From Terracidiphilus sp. (GTDB taxonomy: Bacteria > Acidobacteriota > Terriglobia > Terriglobales > Acidobacteriaceae): a stretch of DNA of 64,000 nucleotides. Positions 9,113 through 18,268 of this stretch are shown here, in pieces. The notes beneath the pieces are model-generated. The model did no database searches. It was not told the origin of the DNA and was given only the letters and a program-made list of their open reading frames with translations. The DNA lies in assembly GCA_049513795.1 (NCBI GenBank), contig JBEKVS010000004.1:3095-67094 (forward strand), in the 5' to 3' direction. How positions within the stretch are numbered: the first letter of the stretch is position 1; each line of letters opens with the position of its first letter. The position numbers were made by a program, and so were the translations under genes.

Positions 9113-9659
9113 CCCAAATCTTAAAGGCAAGGATCGGCGTGCTGGCCATCCAAGGTGACTATGCGGCGCACGCCCAGGCACTTGCGGAGGCTGGCGCCAA
9201 TCCAATCGAAGTCCGGAAGCCGGAGCAGCTTGACGGCCTGGACGGGTTGATTCTTCCCGGCGGAGAGTCGACGACTGTGCTTAGATTCCTGGAGAAACTG
9301 CACTTCTTTGAGCTACTAGCCGACTTCTGTGGAAAAAGGAAGTGCGCAACCCGCCGCAGCATTCCTTGGGACTGCTCAATGCAACCGTGGAACGCAATGC
9401 CTATGGCCGGCAGATCGACTCGACCATCCTTACAGCCGAGACGGAGCTGCCAGGTGGCCCGCTGGAGATGGTGTTCATACGCGCACCACGGCTGGTGCAA
9501 ATCGACAGCGGCGTCGAAGTGCTGGCGCGGCGCGAGGGTTCGCCGGTGCTGGTGCGGCAAGGAAACATTCTGGCTGCCACCTTTCATCCCGAGCTCTCTC
9601 AGGACCGGCGCGTTCACCGGCTCTTTGTCGAGATGGCGGCCGGCAAGCCGGCGCAATAG
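9109..9659 (+). pseudogene. pdxT: PLP synthase glutaminase subunit with an internal frameshifting deletion
   Basis: 5' half: [10 protein letters not shown]...[11 protein letters not shown]. 3' half in another frame: [24 protein letters not shown]. The catalytic GTCAG segment is absent at the junction ggaaaaaggaagtg (~9336). Confidence 0.9.
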
Positions 9660-9793
9660 CGTTCGGTTGTGGAAGTCAGAAGCCGCAGTTTCCCTCTGTG
9701 TGGGACCTCCCGGTAAAATTGCTTTGAACCTCATCGATTCCGGATGCGTCCAAACTAAAGAGCGTGTAATCTCACCTCACAGAGGCTCTCTGC

Positions 9794-10546
9794 ATGCCCT
9801 CCATCTTCACGCCCACACCGTCAGAGACAGAACGGCGAGAACCGGGAAAGCCCCCTGTCGACCGGCGCCCGACCGGTGGCGGGGGCGGGGGCGATGACGA
9901 ATGGAGAAATGAACAACGGGGTCCACGCGAGCTTCTGCACCGGATCCGGTTCTTTGTGCTCTCCGCCCTGGCGGCCGACACGCTTTTCTTCGCCGTGCTG
10001 GTGTTGTTCTTCTTTGCTCGCCAGGCGGGCATGCGGATGGACCCGCGCACGCACGAGTTTGTGGGCGACTGGCGGCCGATTCTGCTGCCGTCCATCCTCT
10101 ACCTGAACACGGCTTTGCTGATTCTGAGCAGCCTGACGATGGAGCGGGCACGCCACAACATCTTCCGGGAGATCGATGTGCTGGAAGAGTGGCTGGGCCT
10201 GGGCCGGCCGGCGCTGCGCGCTACCCTTCCCTGGGTTGGTGCGACGCTGGTTCTGGGATTGCTCTTTCTGGCTGGACAGGCGGCGGCCTGGAAGCAGTTG
10301 ACCGCGCAAGGTTTTGCCTTTGATCGCTGGTCGACGCCGGCCAGCTATTTCTTTTATGTGATTACGGGACTGCACGCTGCGCACTTGATACTGGGCGTGC
10401 TGGCTCTGCTCTTGTGCCTATGTGCGCTGGGCTGGTTCAAACGTGTTGAATACCGGCAAATCACGGTGGACGCTACTGCGTGGTTCTGGCACACGATGAG
10501 CGTGGCCTGGCTGGTGCTGCTGGGGGTGCTTGCGCTTGGACAGTAG
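9794..10546 (+). CDS. Heme-copper oxidase subunit III family membrane protein
   Basis: [30 protein letters not shown]; about five TM segments. Confidence 0.85.
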   Translation: MPSIFTPTPSETERREPGKPPVDRRPTGGGGGGDDEWRNEQRGPRELLHRIRFFVLSALAADTLFFAVLVLFFFARQAGMRMDPRTHEFVGDWRPILLPSILYLNTALLILSSLTMERARHNIFREIDVLEEWLGLGRPALRATLPWVGATLVLGLLFLAGQAAAWKQLTAQGFAFDRWSTPASYFFYVITGLHAAHLILGVLALLLCLCALGWFKRVEYRQITVDATAWFWHTMSVAWLVLLGVLALGQ

Positions 10547-10690
10547 TTTCCGTCACCGCCTGTTCGGCTCTCCGCGGCAGTCTCACGAGACGGATGGTGA
10601 GGAAATTTAAGCCCGCCGGGCGTGCAATTTAGCAAACAGATTACGCTGTGTGCGTAAACATTTGAATACCGCCGAGATCGCGCCGCTGCC

Positions 10691-10719
10691 TTGACGGGAT
10701 GAGGCTGAAAACCTAAGCT
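10691..10719 (+). promoter_or_regulatory. Sigma-70 promoter of the nuo operon
   Basis: TTGACG-17 bp-TAAGCT, about 95 bp upstream of nuoA. Confidence 0.65.
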
Positions 10720-10814
10720 CAAACCAGCGTCCTGTTCGATAGGGTTCGGTATTGGTGAACCTCGTGGGCGCAAATCGAATGAATCTTCCGGGCGGTGTTC
10801 CGGACTGGACAACG

Positions 10815-11216
10815 ATGGTCCCCTATTACTGGCAATATCTCCCGCTGTTCATGCAGATCCTGGCAGTAATCTTGCTCGGACTGGGAATCGTGACGGCTTC
10901 GTGGTTCGTGGGACGGCACCGCAACACGACCACCAAACTGGCCGCATACGAGTGCGGTATCGTGGCCGTTGGCGATGCGCGCGGCCGCTTCAGCGTTCGC
11001 TTTTACCTGGTGGCCGTACTGTTCATTCTGTTCGATGTGGAAGCGGTCTTCATGATGCCCTGGGCGGTGATCTATCGCAAACTTCCATCGATCACCGGAA
11101 GCAGACTTTTCGGTTTCTGGGAGATGCTGGTGTATCTGGGCTTTGTGGCCGTCGGTCTCTACTACATCGTGCGCAAAGGCGTGCTCAACTGGAGCCAGGA
11201 CAGGGCGGACCTTTAG
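10815..11216 (+). CDS. nuoA: NADH-quinone oxidoreductase subunit A
   Basis: KLAAYECG, RFSVRFYLVAVLFILFDVE, RKGVLNW. Confidence 0.95.
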   Translation: MVPYYWQYLPLFMQILAVILLGLGIVTASWFVGRHRNTTTKLAAYECGIVAVGDARGRFSVRFYLVAVLFILFDVEAVFMMPWAVIYRKLPSITGSRLFGFWEMLVYLGFVAVGLYYIVRKGVLNWSQDRADL

Positions 11217-11723
11217 ATGAGCCAGTCTTCAAGCACCCCATTGTTTGGCAAAGCCGCTGTGCTCGAAGGCCTTGCTGAACATCCCGCCATCAAGGCCATC
11301 CTTGCCTGGAAGCCGGAGACGCTGACAGATGCCAAGTTCGACTTCGATGAATTGACGCTGACCATTGCAGCAGAGGAGATTCGTTCCGCTTGCGTGACAG
11401 TGCAGGCTGCCGGGTACAACTTCTTCGAGGACATGACAGCTGTTGACTGGTTCCCGGCCTCGCCCCGGTTTCAATTGAGTTACCACATTCTTTCCCACGC
11501 CTTCAAGGAGCGCATTCGCCTGCGCGTGATGCTGGAAGGCGCAGGCCCGGCTGTCGAGTCCATTGTGCCTGTGTGGGCCGGAGCCAACTACTACGAGCGC
11601 GAAGTCTTCGACCTATTCGGCATTCGCTTTGAAGAACATCCCAATCTGCGCCGCATCATGATGCCCGACGAATGGGTCGGCCACCCGTTGCGCAAGGACT
11701 ATCCGGTGGAGGGCTATAGATAG
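11217..11723 (+). CDS. nuoC: NADH-quinone oxidoreductase subunit C
   Basis: ANYYEREVFDLFGIRFEEHPNLRRIMMPDEWVGHPLRKDYP. Confidence 0.95.
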   Translation: MSQSSSTPLFGKAAVLEGLAEHPAIKAILAWKPETLTDAKFDFDELTLTIAAEEIRSACVTVQAAGYNFFEDMTAVDWFPASPRFQLSYHILSHAFKERIRLRVMLEGAGPAVESIVPVWAGANYYEREVFDLFGIRFEEHPNLRRIMMPDEWVGHPLRKDYPVEGYR

Positions 11724-12938
11724 ATGAGTAATCCTGCAGGCATGCCCGTCCTCGAGCCGGCCGAAGGCGCCAAAGACCAGCACATGGTCATCAACATGGG
11801 GCCGCAGCACCCTGCGACGCATGGCGTTCTGCGCCTGGTACTGGAGATCGACGGGGAGATTGTGGTTCGCATCTATCCCGAGATCGGATACCTGCACACG
11901 GGGATCGAAAAGACCTGCGAGGCCAAGTTCTATCAGCAGGTAGTACCGCTGACCGATCGCATCAATTATCTCGATCCGCTGTCGAATAACCTCTGCTATG
12001 CGCTGGCCGTGGAAAAACTGCTCGGTTTGGAGATTCCACCCAAGGCGCAGTGGATGCGCGTATTGCTGGCCGAGTTGAGCCGCCTGAACTCGCACCTGAT
12101 CTGGCTGGGCACGCACGCCATGGATATTGGTGCGCTCACGGTTTTTCTTTACACCTTTCGCGAACGCGAGGATATTCTGCGCCTGTTTGAAGCTGTGGCC
12201 GGCCAACGCATGATGACCAGTTACATTCGCATCGGCGGCTTGTCGATGGAACCGCCGCTCGATTTTCTGGATCGCGTGCAGGCCTTCATCAAGACGTTCC
12301 CGGAGAAGATCGACGAGTATTCCAACCTGCTCACCGGCAACCCCATCTTCCGCAACCGGCTCAAGGGCGTGGGGCATCTCTCTGCCGAAGATGCGATTGC
12401 GCTGGGCGTGACCGGGCCGCCGTTGCGCGCATCGGGAGTGGACTTCGACCTGCGCCGCGATATGCCGTATTCGAGTTATGAGAAGTTTCAGTTCCATGTG
12501 CCCGTGTCGAACGATTGCGATTGCTGGGCGCGTTATGAAGTGCGGCTGATCGAGATGCGCGAGAGCGTGAAGATCATTCAACAGGCTCTCGACGGCATGC
12601 CGGAGGGCGCGGTGAAAGCCGACGCGCCGAAGATCGTGCTGCCCGATCGCGAGAAGATGAAGACGCAGATGGAAGCATTGATCCATCACTTCAAGATTGT
12701 GACCGAGGGCTTCGCAGTTCCGGCCGGCGAGGTGTTTGTGAACATCGAATGCGGCCATGGGCAGACCGGCTACTACGTGGTCTCCGACGGCACGGCCAAG
12801 CCTTACCGGGTACACATGCGCTATCCATCGTTTCCGACCTTGCAGGCCCTGGAGCCGATGTGCAAGGGACGCATGCTGGCGGATGTGGTAGCCGTAATCG
12901 GGTCGATTGATATTGTGCTGGGGGAAATTGACCGGTGA
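11724..12938 (+). CDS. nuoD: NADH-quinone oxidoreductase subunit D
   Basis: NMGPQHPATHGVLRL, IGYLHTGIEK, DIVLGEIDR. Confidence 0.97.
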   Translation: MSNPAGMPVLEPAEGAKDQHMVINMGPQHPATHGVLRLVLEIDGEIVVRIYPEIGYLHTGIEKTCEAKFYQQVVPLTDRINYLDPLSNNLCYALAVEKLLGLEIPPKAQWMRVLLAELSRLNSHLIWLGTHAMDIGALTVFLYTFREREDILRLFEAVAGQRMMTSYIRIGGLSMEPPLDFLDRVQAFIKTFPEKIDEYSNLLTGNPIFRNRLKGVGHLSAEDAIALGVTGPPLRASGVDFDLRRDMPYSSYEKFQFHVPVSNDCDCWARYEVRLIEMRESVKIIQQALDGMPEGAVKADAPKIVLPDREKMKTQMEALIHHFKIVTEGFAVPAGEVFVNIECGHGQTGYYVVSDGTAKPYRVHMRYPSFPTLQALEPMCKGRMLADVVAVIGSIDIVLGEIDR

Positions 12939-12945
12939 CGAATTC

Positions 12946-12990
12946 AGGGAATGAGGGACTTAGGAGCTAGGGGCCAGAGACTGAGGAAAT
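12946..12990 (+). repeat. Degenerate purine-rich 7-8-mer tandem repeat
   Basis: AGGGAATG AGGGACTT AGGAGCT AGGGGCC AGAGACTG AGGAAAT. Confidence 0.45.
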
Positions 12991-13028
12991 TCGGCTTGGG
13001 AGAAGGAGATGTAACTAACCAACGTTCA

Positions 13029-13385
13029 GTGGAGAATGAAGAGAGATTGTATGTTGAGTTATGGGTTTCACTCGCTTCCCTGCTCCGCAGTTATACCGCC
13101 GCGCATGGGCTGAACGGTAACAGGCAGGCGACAGTCGAGTTAGGCGAGGATAAGATTCTGGTACGGCATAGCAACCAGTGGCTCGATCTAAGCCGGTTGG
13201 GCAGCGAAGTAACCTGGCTACGCGAGGATGGAAGGTCGGGAAGATTGCACTTCACCGAGCACGGAAGGTTGGACGCGGCAGGAGCCGGTTTAACTTCGAC
13301 AGATGGGGAAGAGATGGATATGACAGCCGAAAGATGGGCGCGGGAACTGATGACGCGAGAGTTGCCGCTGGAGTCGCCGCAATGA
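13029..13385 (+). CDS. Hypothetical protein inside the nuo operon, translationally coupled to nuoE
   Basis: LYVELWVSLASLLRSYTAAHGL...EEMDMTAERWARELM; its stop overlaps the nuoE start (ATGA). Start codon uncertain. Confidence 0.7.
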   Translation: MENEERLYVELWVSLASLLRSYTAAHGLNGNRQATVELGEDKILVRHSNQWLDLSRLGSEVTWLREDGRSGRLHFTEHGRLDAAGAGLTSTDGEEMDMTAERWARELMTRELPLESPQ

Positions 13386-13897
13386 GTCCAGAGACCATGA
13401 GCATCTTTTCTCCCAAGTTGGCAGCACGCTTCGACGCGCTGGTGGAGAAGTATCCAGTGCGGCGCTCGGCGCTGGTGCCCATGTTGCTCTATGCGCAGGA
13501 CGAGATCGGGTATCTGTCCGACGCCGTGATCGCTGAAGTGGCAGAGCGCATCGGCATTACCGAGCTCGATGTGCGCAACGTGGCCACGTATTACTCCATG
13601 CTGCGCTTCAAGCCGGCAGGCAAATATAACGTGCAGGTCTGCACCAATATCAGCTGCATGCTGCGCGGGGCTTATGACTTATATGAACGATTTCAGGAGG
13701 AGTTAGGCATCGGACACAAGGGAGTTACCGCCGACGGAGTCTTCTCGCTGGAAGAAGTCGAATGCATAGGCGCCTGTTGCTGGGCTCCGGCCATTCAAGT
13801 GAACTACGACTTTCATGACGATCTAACTCCGGATCACGTGCCCGGCGTTCTGGACATCTATCGCGGCAGGGCCGTAGGGGGCGTGAACCATGCCTAG
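13382..13897 (+). CDS. nuoE: NADH-quinone oxidoreductase subunit E
   Basis: VCTNISCMLRG and EVECIGACCWAP 2Fe-2S ligands. Confidence 0.95.
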   Translation: MSPETMSIFSPKLAARFDALVEKYPVRRSALVPMLLYAQDEIGYLSDAVIAEVAERIGITELDVRNVATYYSMLRFKPAGKYNVQVCTNISCMLRGAYDLYERFQEELGIGHKGVTADGVFSLEEVECIGACCWAPAIQVNYDFHDDLTPDHVPGVLDIYRGRAVGGVNHA

Positions 13898-15212
13898 GCT
13901 CGTCTCCCATCCCGATGAAGTGAAGTTGGTGAGCAAACGCTTTGGCCTGGGCGCCGCGCAGATTGATCGATACATTGAACTCGGCGGCTACGAGGCGACG
14001 AAGAAGTGCCTGGCGCAAGGGCCGGATTTATTTCCGGCCTGGATTATCGAAGAGATGAAGGCCAGCGGCCTGCGCGGGCGCGGAGGCGCTGGCTTTCCGA
14101 CTGGCCTCAAATGGTCGTTCGTTCCCAAGCAATCAACCACGCCGAAGTACGTGCTGGTCAATGGCGACGAGAGCGAGCCGGGAACTTGCAAAGATCATCT
14201 GATCTTTCTTCATGACCCTCACGCAGTTATCGAGGGCACCATCATTGCCGGCCTGGCCATTGGCGCCAAGACTGGCTTCATCTACCTGCGTGGCGAGTAT
14301 CGATATCTGCTTGAGATTATGGAGAAGGCCGTCGCGGATGCTTACGCCAAGGGATTTCTGGGCAAGAATATTTTTGGGTCGGAGACGGAATTTCAGGTGA
14401 TCACCCAGTCCGGCGCGGGTGCGTACGAGGTGGGTGAGGAGTCGGCGCTGATGGAGTCGCTCGAAGGCAAGCGCGGCGTGCCGCGTATCAAGCCGCCCTT
14501 CCCTGCGGTCGTTGGCCTTTATGGCGGGCCGACAGTGATCAATAACGCTGAGACGATTGCGACTGTGCCGCATGTGATTGACATAGGCGGTGCGGCTTTT
14601 GCGGCCATTGGGTCGCCTCGCAACGGGGGCACGCGGCTGTTCGGCTTGAGCGGCCACGTGGAACGCCCCGGTGTTTACGAGCTGCCCATGGGCTACAACC
14701 TGAAGAAGATGATTTATGAAGTCGGCGGCGGCATCCGCGGCGGACGCAAGTTGAAGGCTGTGGTTCCGGGAGGGTCGTCCACGCCGGTTTTGCTGCCGGA
14801 AGAAATTGAGAACCTGGGCATGGACTTCGACCAAGTGGGCAAGGCCGGATCGATGCTGGGCTCGGGCGGCGTAGTGGTGATCGACGACCAGACGTGCATT
14901 GTCGAGTTTGCGCTGCGGACGATCAGCTTTTATCAGCACGAAAGCTGCGGCTGGTGCATTCCCTGCCGCGAGGGGACCGACTGGCTGAAGAAGTCGCTGA
15001 CGCGTTTTCACGCCGGATTCGGCGTGGCCAAGGACATCGACAATATTCAATACCTCGCGGAAAACATGATGGGCCGCACCTTCTGTCCGCTGGGCGATGC
15101 CGCGGCTATGCCTACGATCGGATTCGTGAAGAAGTTTCGCAAGGAGTTTGAAGACCATTTGAACGGCAGGCCTTGCCCGTTCGCAAAACATGTTGAGATG
15201 GCAGTGATCTAA
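13890..15212 (+). CDS. nuoF: NADH-quinone oxidoreductase subunit F
   Basis: GLRGRGGAGFPTGLKW, NGDESEPGT, ESCGWCIPCREG, TFCPLG. Confidence 0.97.
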   Translation: MPRLVSHPDEVKLVSKRFGLGAAQIDRYIELGGYEATKKCLAQGPDLFPAWIIEEMKASGLRGRGGAGFPTGLKWSFVPKQSTTPKYVLVNGDESEPGTCKDHLIFLHDPHAVIEGTIIAGLAIGAKTGFIYLRGEYRYLLEIMEKAVADAYAKGFLGKNIFGSETEFQVITQSGAGAYEVGEESALMESLEGKRGVPRIKPPFPAVVGLYGGPTVINNAETIATVPHVIDIGGAAFAAIGSPRNGGTRLFGLSGHVERPGVYELPMGYNLKKMIYEVGGGIRGGRKLKAVVPGGSSTPVLLPEEIENLGMDFDQVGKAGSMLGSGGVVVIDDQTCIVEFALRTISFYQHESCGWCIPCREGTDWLKKSLTRFHAGFGVAKDIDNIQYLAENMMGRTFCPLGDAAAMPTIGFVKKFRKEFEDHLNGRPCPFAKHVEMAVI

Positions 15213-15268
15213 AGGCTTTCGACAAAAGATCGGGAAATCCACTTGGATGCTTTGAACTCTGCTCCACT

Positions 15269-15291
15269 TTCTCCAGGCAGATCATGGAGAA
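15269..15291 (+). promoter_or_regulatory. Palindromic operator candidate for hicAB
   Basis: TTCTCCA-N9-TGGAGAA overlaps the hicA RBS. Confidence 0.45.
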
Positions 15292-15294
15292 TCG

Positions 15295-15480
15295 ATGAAA
15301 GTCCGGGACCTGATCAAGAAGATCGAACGAGATGGGTGGCGATACATGTACACAACCGGGAGTCATCGACATTTCAAACACCCTGAGAAGCCGGGTAAGG
15401 TCACAGTTCCCGGGCACCCATCCGACGAAGTAACTCCCGGTACTCTAAAATCGATTCTGAAGCAGGCAGGTTTGCAATGA
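15295..15480 (+). CDS. hicA: HicA toxin (mRNA interferase)
   Basis: MKVRDLIKKIERDGW...GSHRHFKHPEKPGKVTVPGH...GTLKSILKQAGL. Confidence 0.93.
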   Translation: MKVRDLIKKIERDGWRYMYTTGSHRHFKHPEKPGKVTVPGHPSDEVTPGTLKSILKQAGLQ

Positions 15481-15785
15481 AACAAAGGTTCCTGGTGGTC
15501 TACGAACACGGAAAGCGGAACTACGGAGGTTTCGCTCCGGATATTCCGGGGTGCATATCGACCGCAAAAACTCTGTTGGATATGCGTCGTCTGATGCGCG
15601 AGGCATTGGAGTCCCACTTGGAATTCATGGCTTCCGACGGCGATCCGATGCCAACGCCAGTTACCACGAGTTTCGATTTATCCACGGTTTATGACCCTGA
15701 CGGCGAGGTGGATCACTACGTGTTGGAGATGTTGGAAATCAATGTTCCTGTTTCCAGGCAAACCAGAGAACCAATGACGGCCTAG
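15477..15785 (+). CDS. hicB: HicB antitoxin
   Basis: NYGGFAPDIPGCISTAKT...MREALESHL; ATGA overlap with hicA. Confidence 0.9.
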   Translation: MKQRFLVVYEHGKRNYGGFAPDIPGCISTAKTLLDMRRLMREALESHLEFMASDGDPMPTPVTTSFDLSTVYDPDGEVDHYVLEMLEINVPVSRQTREPMTA

Positions 15786-15816
15786 GCGCCGCAAAAGGAA
15801 TGACCGGGTCCAACGA

Positions 15817-18153
15817 ATGGCAGACGTAACCTTCACAGTTGACGGAAAGAAGCTGACGGCTCCCGCGGGCATGTTGCTCATCGATGCGTGCCGCAAGGCG
15901 GGCATCGAGATTCCTGCGTTCTGCTATTACCCCGGCCTCAGCCTGCAGGCAGCCTGCCGCATGTGCGTGGTGCGCCAGGAGAAAGTGCCCAAGCTGCAAA
16001 CAGCCTGCACGACAACAGTGGCCGAGGGACAGGTCTTTGTGACCGAGTCGCCGGAGATTGCGCAGGCGCGCAAAGCGACAATTGAGTTGCTGCTTGGCAA
16101 TCATCCTCTCGACTGCCCGGTGTGCGACGCGGGCGGCGAGTGCGAACTGCAGGATATGACCTTCAAGTACGGCGCGGGCGAGAGCCTCTATACCGAGGCC
16201 AAGCAGCATCGCGATGAGCAGCAATGGTCCCCGGCGGTTTACTACGATCGGCCGCGCTGCATTCTCTGTTACCGCTGCATCCGCATGTGCGGCGAAGGCA
16301 TGGACGTGTGGGCGCTGGGCGTGCATAACCGCGGCGTGCACTCGGTGATTGTGCCCAACGAGACCGCGCCCGATGGCCAAACGGGTCAGCTCGATTGCGA
16401 GCAGTGCGGTATGTGCATCGATGTGTGCCCGGTTGGCGCGCTGACCAGCGGCAGCTATCGCTACAAGACGCGGCCCTGGGAGATGAACCACGTATCTACC
16501 GTCTGCACACATTGCGCGGACGGCTGCAAGGTGACGCTCGGTGTGCGCCAGATCAACGAAGGCTCCGAAATCGTACGCGCCGACAACCGCGATAAGAGCG
16601 GCATCAACAACGATTTTCTTTGCGCCAAGGGGCGATTTGGTTTTGATTTTGTGGAAAGTCCGGACCGGCTTTCCAAACCCCTGGTGCGGAATTCCGCAGG
16701 CAAGCTCGAGCCGACGACCTGGGAGCAGGCACTGCGGCGGGCTGCAGCTAAGCTGAAGGAAGTTCGGGACAGCCGAAGCGGCAGTTCAATCGGAGTCATT
16801 GGCTCAAATCAAGCGACTAACGAAGAGAGTTATTTGCTGCAAAAGTTTGCGCGAACCGTACTTCAGACCAATAACATTGACCACGAGCGCACTACAGACT
16901 ACGCGGCGTTCGCGCGCGCCCTCGCCGGCCACAAGGACAAAGCGGTCAGCCTGCGCGACATTGCCTCGGCGCCTGCCATCCTGCTTGTCGGCGGCGATCC
17001 GACAGAAGAGCACCCGCTGCTGGCGTGGGAGCTGCGCACCAATGTGCGGCTGAACAAGGCGCGGCTGTATATCGCCAATTCGAAGACCATCAAGCTGGAA
17101 CGCCAGGCTCGCGCGGTGCAAGGCCTTCCTCCCAACGGCTACAAAGACCTGACGGCGATACTCGACCGCAATCAATCGGATTTTGCCAAGGCGGTGATGG
17201 CCGAGGAGTCGCTGGTCATGATCTTCGGGCAGGAGTTTCGCGGCGAGGCGGTTGCTTCGCTGGTCGAATGGGGATTGGCCCGCAACAATGTTCGCTTTGC
17301 TTATCTTGGCGATCATGCCAACTCACGCGGCGCCGCCGATATGGGGCTCTTCCCTGACCTGCTCCCCGGGTATGTACCGGTGGCCGAACCGGGAGCCTTC
17401 GCGGAGTATCAAGGCTTGCCGCGGACGACGGGAAAATCCATGGGCGAAATGTTCGCTGCCGCCGCGGTTGGCCAACTTGGAGCGCTGCTCGTTGCCGGAG
17501 CCAATCCAGTTGCCCAGCTCAACGTGGACACGGCCGCCCTGAAGAATACTTTCCTGATCGTTCAGGACATCTTTCTCACCGAGACTGCGGCCCTGGCCGA
17601 TGTAGTGCTTCCGGCTGCAAGTCTTTATGAGAAGACGGGGACGGTGACCAACACATACGGCGATGTGCAGATGGTGAAGAAGGCCGCCGATCATGCCGGC
17701 GTGAAGCCGGACTTCGAGATTCTGGTCAGATTGGCCGGCAGCATGGGCGTGGATGTGAAAACTCTGGTGCCGTTCGGCCAAGGTTCCGTAACCGCCGATC
17801 TCGGCCAGTCGCGCGGCGCGCAGTCCGGCGAGGCCGATCGGCATTCTGTGTGGCTTGCGGCCAATAACCTTGAACCCAAGCTGAGCCCGTTTGATCCGCT
17901 GGCAGTACTGGATGAGATCGGCAGGCTGGTGCCCGGGTATGCTTTGGACCGCGTCAATCTGTTCAGTGGAAACGATGTGCGCACCGAGCCGGGATTTGTT
18001 CCGGTATCGGCTGTGAGCGCCGCTGCCGGCAGCACAATCAAACCCGCGCACGACACGCTGTTCACATCTTCAACATTGGGCCGCTACAGCCCTGCGCTCA
18101 ATGAGCTTCAACGGCATCAGGCGGAGGAGTTGGCGGAGACGGCGGCAGATTAG
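15817..18153 (+). CDS. nuoG: NADH-quinone oxidoreductase subunit G
   Basis: ACRMCVV, NHPLDCPVCDAGGECELQD, CILCYRCIRMC, CEQCGMCIDVCPVGAL, CTHCADGC. Confidence 0.97.
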   Translation: MADVTFTVDGKKLTAPAGMLLIDACRKAGIEIPAFCYYPGLSLQAACRMCVVRQEKVPKLQTACTTTVAEGQVFVTESPEIAQARKATIELLLGNHPLDCPVCDAGGECELQDMTFKYGAGESLYTEAKQHRDEQQWSPAVYYDRPRCILCYRCIRMCGEGMDVWALGVHNRGVHSVIVPNETAPDGQTGQLDCEQCGMCIDVCPVGALTSGSYRYKTRPWEMNHVSTVCTHCADGCKVTLGVRQINEGSEIVRADNRDKSGINNDFLCAKGRFGFDFVESPDRLSKPLVRNSAGKLEPTTWEQALRRAAAKLKEVRDSRSGSSIGVIGSNQATNEESYLLQKFARTVLQTNNIDHERTTDYAAFARALAGHKDKAVSLRDIASAPAILLVGGDPTEEHPLLAWELRTNVRLNKARLYIANSKTIKLERQARAVQGLPPNGYKDLTAILDRNQSDFAKAVMAEESLVMIFGQEFRGEAVASLVEWGLARNNVRFAYLGDHANSRGAADMGLFPDLLPGYVPVAEPGAFAEYQGLPRTTGKSMGEMFAAAAVGQLGALLVAGANPVAQLNVDTAALKNTFLIVQDIFLTETAALADVVLPAASLYEKTGTVTNTYGDVQMVKKAADHAGVKPDFEILVRLAGSMGVDVKTLVPFGQGSVTADLGQSRGAQSGEADRHSVWLAANNLEPKLSPFDPLAVLDEIGRLVPGYALDRVNLFSGNDVRTEPGFVPVSAVSAAAGSTIKPAHDTLFTSSTLGRYSPALNELQRHQAEELAETAAD

Positions 18154-18164
18154 CCGAGTAACCG

Positions 18165-18228
18165 CAGGCCCCGTTCGACTTCACTCAAGCGAGCTTTCGA
18201 CTCCGCTACACTTCGCTCAGGACGACAG
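18165..18228. repeat. REP-like element (TTCGACT...CGCTCAGGAyGACA type) between nuoG and nuoH
   Basis: gcaggccccgttcgacttcactcaag-cgagc-tttcgactccgctacacttcgctcaggacgaca, with an internally repeated TTCGACT unit. Confidence 0.5.
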
Positions 18229-18268
18229 GAAAAGAGAATTCGGAGATGACAGGACAAGAAGAAGGGGT

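Noticed and set aside
8941-9897. 318-aa ORF in the track
   Set aside because: It is a composite of out-of-frame vapC sequence, the pdxT 5' half and post-frameshift read-through, not a real protein.
13002-13014. AAGGAG-ATG-TAA start-stop mini-ORF
   Set aside because: There is no spacing between the RBS and ATG; likely coincidental.
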